From the human T2T-CHM13v2.0 reference genome, Homo sapiens, in the NCBI RefSeq assembly GCF_009914755.1, contig NC_060942.1: a stretch of DNA of 64,000 bases; one strand, written 5' to 3'. The position numbers were made by a program, and so were the translations under genes. Positions 1 through 14,588 of this stretch are shown here, piece after piece. Under the pieces are notes generated by a model that was given only the letters and a program-made list of their open reading frames with translations, was not told the DNA's origin and searched no databases. Positions within the stretch are counted from its first letter, which is position 1, and each line of letters starts with the position of its first letter.

Positions 1-1302
1 ATAATTTAATATTAAATATTATTTTATTCTCATAATTAATTTCCTCAGAATCCAAGTTTGTATGCTTTTTATATGGTAATGTAGATTTGAGTTTTCTTGG
101 TTTGATTGATGAGACTGGAAAATACTTTCTGCATTTAATGAGATGTTTCAAAGTATTAGCATGGAAACTATATTAATTTTACAGTTTTTCTTTTTTACGC
201 AATAATTTCTATGAATACTTTTCTGACCTTTTATGGTTAATATATTTTTCTAACTTCTCTAGTTTAATGCTTAGTTTATTTCCATCCCATATTGTTAAAT
301 ACTAAAACATGTTTAAGGCCATATACTGTGATTTGAATACTGCTTTGAATACTATCAAATGATTATTTCTTAGTTTATTTTCTTTTAGTGAGAATAATTG
401 CAACTTCATTTAGATTTCATTCTCTTTCAAGTGGTGCACTATGTGCTTTATTTCATTTTATTATCATGTGGCTCTGTAAAAGTATCATTATTCCCATTTT
501 ATAGAACAGGGAACTTACAGACTTTTGTAGTTTATCCAAATTAGGACAGCTTATTATCTACATTTTTGTCTTCCTTCTTGTGGTCAGGGTCAATTTTACT
601 TTGAACTAGTTGGGAGATATTATAATGCTCAAATTTGGGATTTTGGAAATGATAAGAATTTATAAAAAATACTCTAAAAGAAGAACATGACATTCTAATA
701 GTTGCAATAAGTCCAGTGATCCAAAATCCACTTTCTTACCTGGAATGCTACCCCTAATTGTGTAGGAGGAAGTAATCACAAAATGGGGACTTTGTGTCAG
801 ATACGGTGATGAATGAAGTCATGGAAGGGGTCACTCAGAAGTGATTTGAGTGCCTGGAAGGTTTTCATGCAGTATATCTCTGCCTAAATTGAGGTAGGAT
901 CTTTTACATCTCTTATGAATTGCTTTCCTGATCATTTGAACTAATCAAACACATTTTTAATCTCTAACATTCATTGCCACCACAAGTTTAAAAATTTCTA
1001 GCATTAACTGAGGCATTTTTCTTGTTCAGAATACACTTCTTAAGAGTAGATGTGTGACCTCCTGTTTTATCTTACTTCCTGCCTTGCAATTTCTGTGCAT
1101 TTTGATCCATGAGTAGATACAGGAATACAGAATGAACTAATAATGTATACAGCATGAAGGAGTTGAAGGTAATAGGATTGGGCAGTAATGGGGCTACTTC
1201 AAAATATATCATCTGTACTATAGCCTGCCAAGTTTCTACGTGGTCTGAATACTGATGGAGGGAAAAGGTTTGGGCGGGAAAATAGTGGAGTAGAGATTCA
1301 GT

Positions 1303-1475
1303 CTTTTTTTTCTTTTTTTTAACTTTTTAAGAGACAGGGGTCTTGCTCTGCATGCAGGTAAGAGTGCAATGATGTGAACAAGCTCACTGCAGCCTTGAAC
1401 TCCTAGGCTCCTGCAATTCTCCTGCCTCAGCCTCCTGAGTAGCTAGGACTACTTGCACGTGCCTCCACACCTAAT
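1303..1475 (-). mobile_element. Old Alu monomer (AluJ right arm/FRAM-like)
   Basis: Poly-T followed by gagacaggggtcttgctctg...gctcactgcagccttgaactcctaggctc...cctcagcctcctgagtagctaggactac, the antisense of an AluJ-type right arm. Confidence 0.85.
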
Positions 1476-1654
1476 AAATTCTTTGTTTGTTTTAATCAGT
1501 GTGTAAGTCTTTTACTTCCCTGGTTAAATTCATTCCAAAGTATATTATTTTTACTTTTTGTAGCTATTATAAATGGGACGATTTTCTTGATTTCTTTTTC
1601 AGATAGTTTGCGATTAGTGTATGGAAATGTTACTAATTTTTGTGCATTGATTAT

Positions 1655-2020
1655 TGTATTAGTCTGTTCTCACATTGCTATAAAGAACTACCTGAGACTG
1701 GGTAATTTATAAAGAAAAGAAGTTTAATTGACTCACGGTTCCACAGGCTGTACAGGAAGCATGACTAGGGAGGCCTCAGGAAACTCACAATTTTGGCAGA
1801 AGGTGAAGGGGAAGCAGGCACATCTTACATGGCCAGAGAAAGAGGAAGAGAGCAAAGGGAGAGGTGGTACATACTTTTAAAAAAGCAGATCTCGTAAGAA
1901 CTCACTCACTATCACAAGAACAGCAAGGAGGAAATCACCTCCCACCAGGCCCCTCCTCCAGTGTTCAGGATTACAATTCGACATGAGATTTGGGTGCGGA
2001 CAAAAATTAAAACCATTTCA
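1655..2020 (-). mobile_element. MaLR solo LTR (MSTA-like)
   Basis: TG...CA termini (tgtattagtctgttctcacattgctataaagaactacctgagactggg...aaaccatttca) and a 5-bp TSD ATTAT at 1650-1654 and 2021-2025. Confidence 0.92.
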
Positions 2021-2104
2021 ATTATATATCCTGCAACTTTACTGAATTCATTTATTAATTCCAAAAGCTTTTTTTTTTTTTTTTTGCTGGAGTCTTTAGA
2101 GTTG

Positions 2105-2161
2105 TTCTCTTCTTCTTCTTCCTCCTCCTCCTCCTCTTCTTCTCCTCCTTTTCTTCTTCTT
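2105..2161. repeat. (CTT)n/(CCT)n pyrimidine tract continuous with the Alu tail
   Basis: tcttcttcttcctcctcctcctcctcttcttctcc read directly from the sequence. Confidence 0.9.
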
Positions 2162-2335
2162 CTTTTTTTTTTTTTTTTTTTTTTTTTTGAGACAGAGTCT
2201 CACTCTGTCACCCAGGCTGGAGAGCAGTGGTGCAATCTTGGCTCACTGGAATCTCCACCTCCCGGGTTCAAGCTATTCTCCTGCCTCAGTCTCCTGAGTA
2301 GCTGGGATTACAGGCATGAGCCACAGCACCCAGCC
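2162..2335 (-). mobile_element. Monomer-length AluS (left-arm 5' end fused to right arm)
   Basis: The minus strand reads ggctgggtgctgtggctcatgcctgtaatcccagc|tactcaggagactgaggcaggagaatagcttgaacccggg...ctcA(n). Degenerate TSD agagtt(g)ttct. Confidence 0.9.
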
Positions 2336-4279
2336 AGAGTTTTCTGTACAGAAGATCATGATATCTGTAAACAGGGACAATTTAACTTCTTCCTTTTCAG
2401 TTTGGATGCCTTTTATCTCTTTTTTTTTTTTTGTCTAATTGCTCTGTCTAGAACTTCCAACGTTACGATGAACAGAAGTCGAGAGAGTGAGCATTATTGT
2501 CTTGTTCCTGATCTCAGAAGAAAAGCTTTTAACTTTTCACTGTTGAGAATGTTAGCTGTGGGTTTGTCATATCTGGTCTTTATTGTGTTGGGGTACAGTC
2601 CTTCTATATTTTGTTGAGTTTTTTTAAATCATGAAAGGGTGCTGAATTCTGTTAAATGCTTTTCCTGCATCTATTGAGATTATAAAGATTTTGTCCTTCA
2701 TCTTGTTGATGTGGTGTATCATGTTTATGGATTTGTGTATGTTGAAACTTCCTGCATCCCAGGGATAAATCCCACTCGATCATGGTGAATGCTTTTTTAA
2801 ATTTGTGGTTGAATTTCATTTGCTAGTATTTTGATGAGGATTTTTACATCCATGTTTATCAGGGATATTGGTCCATAATTGCCTTTTCTTATAGTGTCTT
2901 TGTCTGGCGTTGGTATCAGGGTAATGCTGGCCTCGTGATATGAATTTGGAAGTGTTCTCTCATCTTCAATTTTTAAAAAGAGTTTGAGAATCATTGGTGT
3001 TAGTTCTTTAAACGTTTGGTAGAATTCAGCAGTGAAGCCATCAGGTCCTGAGCTTTTCTTTGATGGGAGAGTTTATTACTGCTTTAATCTCTTTACTTAT
3101 ATTGATCTGTTCAGATTTTCTATCTAATCATGATTCAGTTTTGATAGTTTGTCTAGGAATTCCTTGATGTGTCTGGGAATTTGTCCATTTCTTCTAGGTT
3201 GAGGTTCTGTCTTCATATATTCTTTTAGACTGTTGAGTTTTCTATGGCACAAAAAGTTACATTAGCTACCAACAATGATCTTTACAGTAGGAATTAAGAT
3301 GTTTAGTACCAGATTCAGAAAATAATTTTATAATATCTCCTTATTATCACATTCTTAACCCTCTGATTTTTTTTTCTTTCTCACAGAATAAGGTAGGGAT
3401 TATCTGCTAGCCACCAGGCTACCATGGAAACCAAACAACAGTTTTCTTTACTGGTAAAGACCTCAGACTCTGAAATGGCCCATGGCTGCTCTATAGAGAC
3501 CTACTTGCCTTATTTTTATTTCTGTGTATATTACACATTTTGCTCATCATGTGCCATGAACACATTATTCAAATGCCACAGTATAAAATATCAAATGCCT
3601 AAAAGTGACAAAATGGATTAAATCTTAAGAACCTGTAGTTTACTCTCCTTTAAAAATCAGGACACTGAAATTAAAATGACAAGCTTCCACAGAGGAGTTG
3701 GAACTAAAGTCTCAGTCATTTTTACTCAGTGGTGACATTTTTATAGTTCCCTGTCTACACGCAAAGCAGTAACTGCAATCTTCAAGCTCCCTAACTTCAT
3801 TCTTACCCTATTATAGTGGTTAACGGTAGGTAAATGTGAGATCATTTTTACCTCACTTTTTTTTTTAATTAGCAAAGTTGTTTTGCCAGAATCACAGGTA
3901 TAGTTGAGTAAAATTAAGTAGTTCCTGAAAGTTTCCCACCATCTTTAAATACCAATATTATGTGAGAAATTTGATTGCTTGATAAGTTAATACTATCAAT
4001 TCTCAATATTGAAACATTAGAGATTTACTTCTTAAATCATTGGATACTCCTTTCCGAGGGATATCATGATGGAAAAGGCATTACTATCTTTAATATCTAT
4101 TGGTATCTTAGGAACCTTTAAAACTGTGTCTCTTTCATGTCTTAGAAAAATAGTTCCTAGCCTAGAAAAACTGCTTCTTCATCTATCCTTTTTACCTAAT
4201 GCCAAGAGTATTATCTTTTGTCCCTTGTACCTAAATGGAACCAGCATCTCTGAAATGTCTATTAAAACCATTATTTTAA

Positions 4280-4586
4280 GGCTAGGCACAGTGGCTCACG
4301 CCTGTAATCCCAGCACTTTGGGAGGCTGAGGTGGGTGGCTCACTTGAGGTCAGGAGTTTGAGACCAGCCTGGGAAAAATGGTGAAACCCCATCTTTACTA
4401 CTACTAAAAATAGAAAAATTAGCTGGGCATGGTAGCACATGCCTATAGTCCCAGCTTCAGGAGGGTGAGGCAGAAGGATCACGGGAGCCTGGGAGGTGGA
4501 CGGTTGTAGTGAGGCGAGATCACACCACTGCACTCCAGCCTGGGTGACAGAGAGAGACCCTGTCTCAAAAAAAAAAAAAAAAAAAA
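4280..4586 (+). mobile_element. Full-length Alu (AluS-type)
   Basis: ggctaggcacagtggctcacgcctgtaatcccagcactttgggagg..., two arms, A-rich linker and poly-A tail. Confidence 0.97.
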
Positions 4587-6734
4587 GGCATTCTTTTGTG
4601 GAAGAAAGCAACAGAGGAAGCGCAGCCTCCAAGAGACCACTGCTAGAATACATTTCTTACCTGCACAGGCCTGATTGGCAGCCCTGTGAACTGTGGACCC
4701 TTGAGCTTCTCCCTTTAAACCATCTGCAGAGGTCAGTCTCTCTAGAGCCTGCCAAGCTGTGAGAAGAGGAGGTCAGGTAAATTCCAGGAGAAGGTGGTAA
4801 AAGGGGAGCCAGAAAGGATAAGCCGTGACTGCCCTAGAGGAAGCAGGAAAACTTTGGAAAGATGGAAAGGTCAAGATCATACCCAAAATGAGCCCTAAGC
4901 CATCAGAGGAGTTTCATAAAGATTCCTATGCTGAAAGTTTGGATTTGGGCCATTCAGGGTAGAAATTATTCTGGGCCATGAGTAAAAGAAAAGATTTCAT
5001 ACAGGATAAAGAAATAAAACTGGACAAAAGAAAACAACCTTTCCTTCCCTCCCACCTGTGCTGAGGGACGGCTCAGGGTTAATGAAAGCTACTGTTAATC
5101 CAACAGATTGTTACCTCTTGCTATGCTTTCTCACCCTTGCCTTTCAGACTCCCTCAACTGGATGTCTATTACTGCATTTCATACCTATGACCTCTGGGAC
5201 AAACCTCTGAAAGGTTTTTCTGGGTCTTCACCTTCTAATGGGGACTTTTCTCCTTTCTTGACAGATATCATTCTTAAAATGAGTAAGTTTACAGGCACTA
5301 GACAAGACAAGTATACACCCACAGCAAGCCAGAGTCCTATTTCCATGACTGGCCTCCTTCTTTTCCTTAGTTGACCTCTCTGAACCTGTCGGAAAAGTTG
5401 TGAATCTCCTTCACATTATATTCCTAATGAGGCGATTTACCCTGCATGCTAAATAAGATCATGACTATGTAATAAATTCTCCACTCAGAGCTAAGCTTGG
5501 AGTCAGCTCTTCAGTAGCTTACGATTAACCTTTCAACTGATGAGAACCCTATTGCTGCGCACAGATGGCACATTTTAAAGTTGTCGTGATTAAAAAATCT
5601 CAGTAACCTAGAGCTTTTTTACATATACTTTCAAGAAGTATCTGTTTTTAATTCTAATTTAAGGCTGGTTCCAATTGCTTTTTTTTTCATGCTGGAAAAC
5701 AATCTGGAAAAACCATTTGAACTGGTAAATATCCATGAAGAGTCTTTTTTAACATTACATGCATATTCAACTAAGAATTTACATACACGAAGAAAAAAAG
5801 CCCAACTTTCCAGTTCTTATCTCACAGCCTGACCTCTTTTATGTGTGACGGAAAACTCTCCTTGTCTTCTGAGGAGGGGGAGCCCAGGTATTTGGAAAGC
5901 CTTGTTGTTAGGCCAGAGGGATGCCAGTGGCAAGTTTGGAGATGTGGAAAAGGGACACAGGCGTATTTGTGGAGGACTGACGGTAGAGTCAGAGGTGAAA
6001 TTTTGAAGTAAAATGCGATCCACTGGGTAACATGAAACCCTTCCTCCTATTCCTGCACATTGTTTATGAACACCTTGGTAAGTGGATTACCTACCCTGAA
6101 CTCTAAGAAGTGTTAATCCTGCTCCTCATTTGAAATGGGTTGAAACAGAGGCAATGTTTGGGTACATCTGTCTGTCTTCTCATGTGTGGAAATGCTCTTG
6201 ATTTTTAAAATATTGTGTCCACTAAAGCCTGAAATCCCATCAGTAGCATAGATACCTCTTTTAAGTAATCGTCTTTTCTTTTACAATGATGAAATCCAAT
6301 CAGAGTGAGTTCTCTGCACCTTTGTGGGAAAGAACTTGTGTTTTCCCTGAGAACTGCCGACAGACTGGTTAAGGGAGATAACAACCTGGCAAGCAGCCAG
6401 CCCAATTTATACCCTGCCCTGCCCTGCCAGTCCAGAGAGTGCCTAAATGCCAAAAATATTGGTAATGGTAATCCAGGCCAGGATATTCCAAGAGAAAAGG
6501 ATCTCTGCTTTTGTTTCCCATCATATCCTACCCTTCCCTACATAATTTACCTGAATGCTACAGCTCCTGAATTTTGGTCTTGAGCAACCTGAAGAGAAAG
6601 GCTGGTGGAGACCCACAGGCGGTGGAGCTTTGGCAAGAATGAGAGAGGCAGGCTGGTGATCCAGGATTCCAGCAGAAATGGGAAGGGAGTGAATGGTAGT
6701 AAGAGAAGTGACAGAATAGATCTCTAGGGGAAAT

Positions 6735-6800
6735 ATATGTATGATGTATATATGTGTGTGTATGTACAGAGAAAGAGAGAGAGAGACAGAGAGAGAGCAG
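6735..6800. repeat. (TA/TG)n followed by (GA)n low-complexity tract
   Basis: Read directly from the sequence. Confidence 0.8.
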
Positions 6801-7427
6801 AGCGTCATGTGTTCATTCATTACGAATTAATCTGGTGATAATGGAATTACTGTGTGTCCAGCATAGTCCTCAATCTCAACAAAGCTTCTACCTCTGGCAA
6901 GAGCGGTTACAGATGTGAAACCTGAATGCCAGAAAAAATCAGTGCTAAGAACTTAGACAAAACGTAAACATGCCCAGGGGACTGCAGTCAGCATGGACAG
7001 CAGCAGCATGAGGTGCAGCTAACTTCTGCAGGTGACACAATGGCGTTGCAGTTGATGCAGCCTGGGAAACTTCTTCAATTGTCCCTCTCATTGAAAGACT
7101 GAGATTTTCTCTAATATCTCAACACCCTGGTTGATCCAGCCTTCTCTCCATGGCTTTACTTTGAAAGATGAAAGCAATTTCCGTCCTGCAGAGAAAAGTT
7201 TCCATGATTGAGGACACACCCAAGGTAACTGATCACTTCAGCTGCCTCATTCTGCCATATTTATTCACAAGAAAGATGCATTTTGAAAAGGAAAAACTTG
7301 AAATGTAGGTTTAAAAATTAACCCTTGAGGTCAAATAGCTCTCAGAAACTACTTACTAAGAATAGTTGAGAGAAACGAAATAGCTATAGAGAAATTTCAC
7401 AGACGCTTTATATAAATATGAGTGCTG

Positions 7428-7429
<2 letters not shown>

Positions 7430-7469
<40 letters not shown>

Positions 7470-7482
7470 ACTCACACACACA
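7430..7482. repeat. (CA)n microsatellite
   Basis: acacacac... with two interruptions near the 3' end. Confidence 0.95.
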
Positions 7483-8484
7483 AACAGTGCTATTAAGGAA
7501 GGCTAGAAAGCATTGATATCTCCTCCCAAATAAAAAACTTAATAGAAAATAAGAACTGTGATATCGAAACTTAGCTGCTTTATGAAGCTGTTACCTGACT
7601 GCCAAATACCTCCTCTACTTCTTTCCTGGAGTCTTCCCTTAGGTTCTCTCTTTCCCTTTCTTTCTCTCTCTCTCCCATGCTTCTTAAGGATCAGGTGTGC
7701 AGAATTTGCTTTAGCCAGTACTTAGTTTATGAGTTACTACTGTCATCATCCATTTGTCAGGGTCTCTCTTTTAAGAATCTTTTGAGTTTTCTCTTTGTCT
7801 TTTTCAATCCCATTTCCAATCCCCCGCATAGGCACCTATTTGTGTATTTAGTATATATTCTTCCAATCCACCGGCTACATGTTTATTTAGATAATTACAG
7901 ATGCTTGAAAACTACACAGTGCTATGTGGGCACCTAATTATGCATAGATGGTATTATGCTGTGGGATTTCCCTCTCTCTCTGTTTTCCCACTCAACATAT
8001 GTTTCTGTAATCTATACATGTTTCTGTATGTGAATCTCACTCATTGCTCTTCACTGCTATATAGTATATGTCATAAGCCATAATATGCCTCTATCACATC
8101 TTATATTTCGTTCTCCTACCAGTGGGGTACTCTTTGCAACATTTAACCACACTTCAATAAATCTCCCCTCGCCTGACAACTTTTTGAATTTTTCTGAGGG
8201 ATGGACAGACAGGCCTTGCTGGGAGACAGAGTATATATAATACATTCTTAATTTCAATAAGTGCCACTAGATTGCTCTTTGGAATGGCTGTATCAGTGCA
8301 AATGCCCCACAAACAAATCATTTTCACCCTTCCCGTGTAGCAGGTAAAATTGTTCAACTTTCACAATTTTCCAATATAATGAGTGCAGCATGGTACTCAT
8401 TTTAGAGGACGGAATGCCTGAATTCTAATTTAAGATGCAGAACATTTAGTAGTTAATCTCATTCATAAGTGTTATTAATGTATG

Positions 8485-8531
8485 ACTGCAGTAAGATGTT
8501 ACTGCAGTAAGATGTCCCCTGCAGTAAGTTG
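8485..8531. repeat. 16-bp tandem repeat, about 3 copies (ACTGCAGTAAGATGTY)
   Basis: actgcagtaagatgtt actgcagtaagatgtc ccctgcagtaagttg. Confidence 0.85.
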
Positions 8532-8743
8532 CTTTACTGTGTCCAAGACTTTACCTTTCCCTGTCTCCACATCTTTAGCTGTATGACCTTGACGTTCCTT
8601 CCACAAAAGGTGATGTATATTTCCTCACCCCACTGATAGTAAGCTAAGCAGAGGTGACAGTCCTAGGCTGAGGCTTTAAGAGCACTGGGGGCTTCTCCTC
8701 ACTCTTTTGCACTTCTGCCATCAGCAGGAACATAATGAAACTC

Positions 8744-9253
8744 TGGTGGCATAAGAGGATTCTATGACACCATAATTACCAGAACAATTTATTCTTTACT
8801 ATTCTGGAGGTTGGAATTCCAAAACGGGTAATACTGGGCTAAAATCAACGTGTCAGGAAGGCTGTGTTCCTTCTTGAGGCTCCAGGAGAAGTCGTTTCTT
8901 TGCCCTTTCTGGGTTCTAGAGACTGCCACATTCGGGTTTGTGACCTCTTTTTCTGTCTTAAAGCCAGCAACATCAGGCTGTGTTCTTCCCACGCTGCCTG
9001 TTCTCTGCTTCTCCCTCCAGTTCTCTCTCTGTGTCTCCTGCCTCCAACTTTCATTTTTAAGAGCCCCATGATTACCATTGGCCTACCCAAATAATCCAGG
9101 ATAATTAAAGATAATTTCATCTCAAGTTTACCTCATTAGCAACCTAATTCCTTCTGCAACCTAATTCCCCTGTGCCACGTAACCTAACATATGCACAGGT
9201 TCTAGGAAGTAGGACATGGACATCGTTGGGGGACCATTAATTTGCCTACCACC
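8744..9253 (-). mobile_element. MaLR LTR (MLT1D/E-like), apparently nested in an older MLT1 (about 8540-9460)
   Basis: Internal ttctggaggttggaattccaaaac...ggctgtgttccttc, and a terminus ggggaccattaatttgcctaccac that is the reverse complement of the MLT1D/E 5' end. Confidence 0.75.
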
Positions 9254-9558
9254 AGTAGCTCTTAACAACAAGAGTGTGAAGCAGATTTGAATCTAAACCC
9301 TGGCCTGGAGCCACACCCAACTGAGATCAGCAGAGTGGCCCTACTTGATCCATAGACACACCGGTGAGATGTTAATACCTGCTCTTATAGTCATTGAAAT
9401 GTTGGAGTTGCTTGTCATTATTGTGGCAATAGTTGACAGAATAATCTACAAACAAAATCAGCTAAGAATGTTAACCTGGTTTTCACAAGAGGCCAAACAT
9501 TTTGGGAAAATCTCCCAACTACTTTATTCTTTCTTCATAGGATCTTTATTTATAAAGT

Positions 9559-9955
9559 TGTGCTGGATTGTGGTCAAATCGGCATCACTACCATCTTTTC
9601 TAGAGTGGGAATTGTCTTCCCCCAAATCCTTTTCCTCTCATGGCTCTGGGTCAGAGTAGGATAATTAGAAGTACTCTGGTAAAATTTGGAAGGTCAGAGA
9701 AAAAAGGACCATTAATCTCTGAAGGCAGCTGCAGGCAAAATGTGGGCAGAAGAGAGGTTCACTGAGTCTTCCCAGCCAGTCCTGAGAACCATCCTCTCCA
9801 GCACCTCAGCCTGAGCTCCCCAGGGTGGCTTCCCTGACCTTGCCTTCCCTAGCTCTTCCAATAGTTTTAAAGTCCTTGTTTCCTCTACTAAGATCCCTTA
9901 TGCTTGGGATGCATGAAATGGCCTCTGTCTTCCTGACCAAACCCTGACAGATACA
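9559..9955 (+). mobile_element. Probable ERVL-type solo LTR
   Basis: TG start and a ...cctgaccaaaccctgacagataca end typical of old ERVL LTRs. Subfamily is uncertain. Confidence 0.45.
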
Positions 9956-10177
9956 ATGTCAACCGGCATAATTTAAGGATGGACTATGTGCTGGTCACGA
10001 CATGCGGTGATCTCAGAGTAGCCTTAGGTTCCACCCTTGTGACGTTGTCATTTTTATCTGGATCCATACATTTGACCACACTCTATTCAAATTCTGCTCA
10101 CCAAAAAAAATGCTCAGAATTCTCTTATTAGAGACTCAGAGATTGTTTTTATAAGTTAATCATATTAATACATCTAG

Positions 10178-10597
<420 letters not shown>

Positions 10598-12161
10598 TGA
10601 ATTTCCTTGGGGTTTGGCAAATGCAGTATATTCTTTTAATGAAAATTATATTGGGCTTTATTTCCTAATTCTGAAATTCTAATAACTCACTTAACATAAG
10701 CTCGTCAGTACTATGATTAGCATACTATAAACTTCTTGATCAGAAAATCAATGAAGTTACTGATTAGGAGAGATGCTAGGGTCAATCCCTGCCAAATACT
10801 GCTTAACACATCCTTACAGACTAATGGCAAAGCCATTGTTATGACTGTCATGTACAGCTTGCACATCCCTCAGAAGAGTAACATGGTGAATACCACACAA
10901 TTTGTATTATTAATGACCTGTGGGTTAGAATCAAATGTTTTACTAAATTAAAAATAAACTTCATAAAAATAAAAATAAAAACTTAAAAACCATAAGGCAC
11001 CACTCAATTCATTAAAATAAATTGTATTACAATTATGTATATGAAAAATTCTTAACATTTTATATGCAATTCTTGCACACAATGATGTCCACTCTAAGTC
11101 TGGCTCTTCGCATTGACATTTGTATTTGTTGACATTGGCATTGGTTAATATGTTAATATTTACTTTGTCGTCTCTCATAAAGGACACATATATTATGGGC
11201 ATACTTAGCCTGTTCATTGATGTGGGTATTTTTATCCTATAACTTGTTACAATTTTGTACATACAAAATGTAAAACTGGAATTATATTATAAATGATAAT
11301 TAAAATGATGAGTCACCCATAAAAGTAATCAAATCCTGCTTCCTCTAAACACAAGTGAACATTCAGTTGATTCCTGCCTCATCATATAATTGTTGCACTG
11401 GTCTTTTTCCCTCTCTATCCAGATGAGCTACTTAACAGCCACAGCCCTCCGACTTTGGAATAGCCCTGCCTGCCATCATCATCTGTCCTGAGAGGAAGGC
11501 TTGCCTTTGAAATTCCTTTATTGTAGCAGACATTTGCTGCTAGGTCTCTTTTGTTAGTGCACATGCCTGCTCTTCAGCCTGCCTGTGTTCCTGCACCCAT
11601 ATTTCTGTGTGTCTGCCCCTCTCCCCACCTTGCCTAGCCTTCTATTCTAGTGTTTGCACTTTTCCAGGATCCTGGAATTTGTTCTGTTGCTTTAACTTGC
11701 TTTCCTGTGGCTGAGCTCCACTGGCTCCTGACTGCCTGCTTGGTTTGTCTGCCAGCTTGCCTTACCCTTGGGCTTCAATCTTCACAATCCTCATAATCTT
11801 GCTCTGAGCATAGGGTACCATGCAGCCCAATTCTACGTGGTTCATCTGCTCCTGACTTAACTGAATCTACCTCTTACTTGAGCCCCTTATATTAAAGAGG
11901 GTCGATGGCTTTTATAATGAAAGTGACTGCAATACAAATACATTTTAATGGTGTCACAACCTTTAAACATTAGCAGTCCAGGTTGTTCAAGGACCACCTT
12001 AAGTTCTGAACTTAGTGTGTAGAAAAGTTTCCACAAGTAAAAAATATTTTCATGCTTCTGAATATTTTATGGGTTTTGTCCTACATAGGAATACTTGCTA
12101 TCTTTATTGAAAGGGGTATGTGGAATCAAATATCTGAATAAATTATGTCATATATATACAG

Positions 12162-12454
12162 CAGCCTTTTTCAAAATGTGGTTCATGTGATATTTATTGA
12201 TACTAGATGAATAAAACTAACATTGTGTTTGCAAAATTTGGGAAATACGGGGGTTTATCAAAGTTAGACAGGTTTCTTTTATGTAGATTTTCTCTGAACC
12301 TTTTATATGTTAATTGAATTCTGAATCTTTATAAGAGGTAAGGTTTGCAGAATATCACTGAATAGTTTGACTACAGATCCCTTTTATCTATGCAACACCT
12401 TTTTACATCTCACTGGATACCAGGATCCTATGGAACATGATTTGGGAAATGCTG
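12162..12454. mobile_element. hAT-Charlie MITE (MER103/MER112-like)
   Basis: Terminal inverted repeats cagcctttttcaaaatgtg ... tttgggaaatgctg, with internal aaagttagacaggtttc. A related fragment lies at about 45020-45180. Confidence 0.6.
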
Positions 12455-14229
12455 CAAGATAGGCTTTCAGGAAGCCTTTTAAAGATAAAGTGCACAGATC
12501 AAAACAGCTCCCTCTCAATAAGAGAAATCTGCCTCACTGCAGCCTGAGTTAATATTAATCTGTGAGCCTGAGACAAGAACTCAACAGGAGAGTTAGATAT
12601 AGTCAAGAACGATCAAAGGCATGAGAACCAACTGGACATTGTGATTGCTCTCTGGTGGGAAGGCCTACTGCAGGTAACCTTCCTTTCTCTTTTCAAAAGC
12701 ACAATGCATCCAGACTATGGAACTCTCTCTTCTCTCTCTGCTTTATTCTAACAAGAACCATGTGACAGAACAAATTCCATCCAACCCTCTCTGACATAAT
12801 GTTCAAATGAGGATGTTTATGGGTTTGAAGCATTACTATTAGTCCATGCTACTTTTGAAGTGTAATCTTTTAAAAGCTCAAATCTAAACTGGGCAAGTCT
12901 GTAGTTTACTATTTTCCTTACGTTTTAATCACAAAAAAAGCCTCAAATTCTTAAAATGAATATGGGGGAGAATACAAATTTAATACACTAGCCATTGTGT
13001 TTCCAGTCCATATATTTTTCTGTTTCCTGTGAACTTCCAGGTCCAATTCCATTCCACAAATTCCATATCCTATAGCTATTGCCTTAGTGAAAAAAAATAG
13101 GAGAAATAAAAAATCACACAAAAAATTGTTGCCATTTAGATTTAATATCTAGGTTGGGACATAAAGAATGGCTCTTGAAGAATAGCAGAAGATCCCGGCT
13201 ATCTTGACCATAGTCTTCTAAATGAAGCGTTTAGGGGAAGAAGACAAAAGACAGAAGAGGATGTTGTGAGCAGGGATCAGTGATCTAGTACTAGAGAAGC
13301 AGATCTGAATGACAGGAGGATCATCAACATCTAGGTACTGTCTTTACCTGAGCAATCACAGTCTCCACAGTGCTGAAAACTACACAGAAACCAAGAAATC
13401 ACCCATAAACCATCACATACATTTCCATTCGAGGGAATGTGATTACTTGTACCAAGATGGCAAGTTAATCATAGTTTCCATGGCCATCAAAGAAGGCTCT
13501 CCCACCATTCTTTGACAGCAGGATCACATCTAATCATAGTGATCCCTATCTATGTACTGAGACTGTGTCTTCCATTTTATATGAACAACCCATCTTTTAG
13601 TACCTCAGGACACTCAATCCCTTTGGAGACAGAAGGTTTCTGGACACCTAGACAGAGAGTAATGATGTAGTAGGGAAAGCATCTGAGGTCTGTACTTGTG
13701 TAGACTGAATAGAGCCAGCTCAGATTCTCCCTAGACCAGATCAAAGCTGAAACACCTAACCTCACCCTGTCTGACAGATATTCCTGCCTCTGGCAAACTC
13801 AGGCTGATGTTTGGCCAGAGAAATAGGTTTCTAAAATATGTTAACACATTCCTTGGCTGAAGAATCACACATCTTTAATTGTTTAAAATTTACTTCCAAT
13901 AATGTTATAAAGTTTAAAAATCTCTAGCTTTTGTTGTAAAGTCTACCATGTCGGGTAGTTTTCCAAGGTGGCACTTCTCTGGAAGAGTTAGTGCAATGGA
14001 CCATAATGGAGATATGTTCTTGTTTCCAAAGATATTCTGAAGACCATAACAGTGCCTGCTGGCAGTGGCTTCTCCTTTTAATGGCTTGTGCCACCTTCCA
14101 AGTACCCAAACAGCTATGTCTCTCTTCAGTGCAGAGCCACAGGGCTTACCTTATATTTTTGAAAAATCTTTAGTGTCTGTTTGAAGTTTCAGAAGCTATT
14201 AGTCTCATCTGATTTAGGCTTCCATTCTT

Positions 14230-14588
<359 letters not shown>

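Larger units (their letters stand above)
1497..3200 (-). mobile_element. L1 ORF2 fragment (L1M-type), interrupted by an MSTA LTR and an Alu
   Basis: ORF 2797..2994(-) translates to [48 protein letters not shown], a clear match to the L1 ORF2 reverse-transcriptase region. The flanking sequence continues as antisense L1. Confidence 0.92.

Noticed and set aside
1961-2617. Longest ORF (218 aa)
   Set aside because: It is read-through of an LTR end, antisense L1, a simple repeat and an antisense Alu, with a GTG start.
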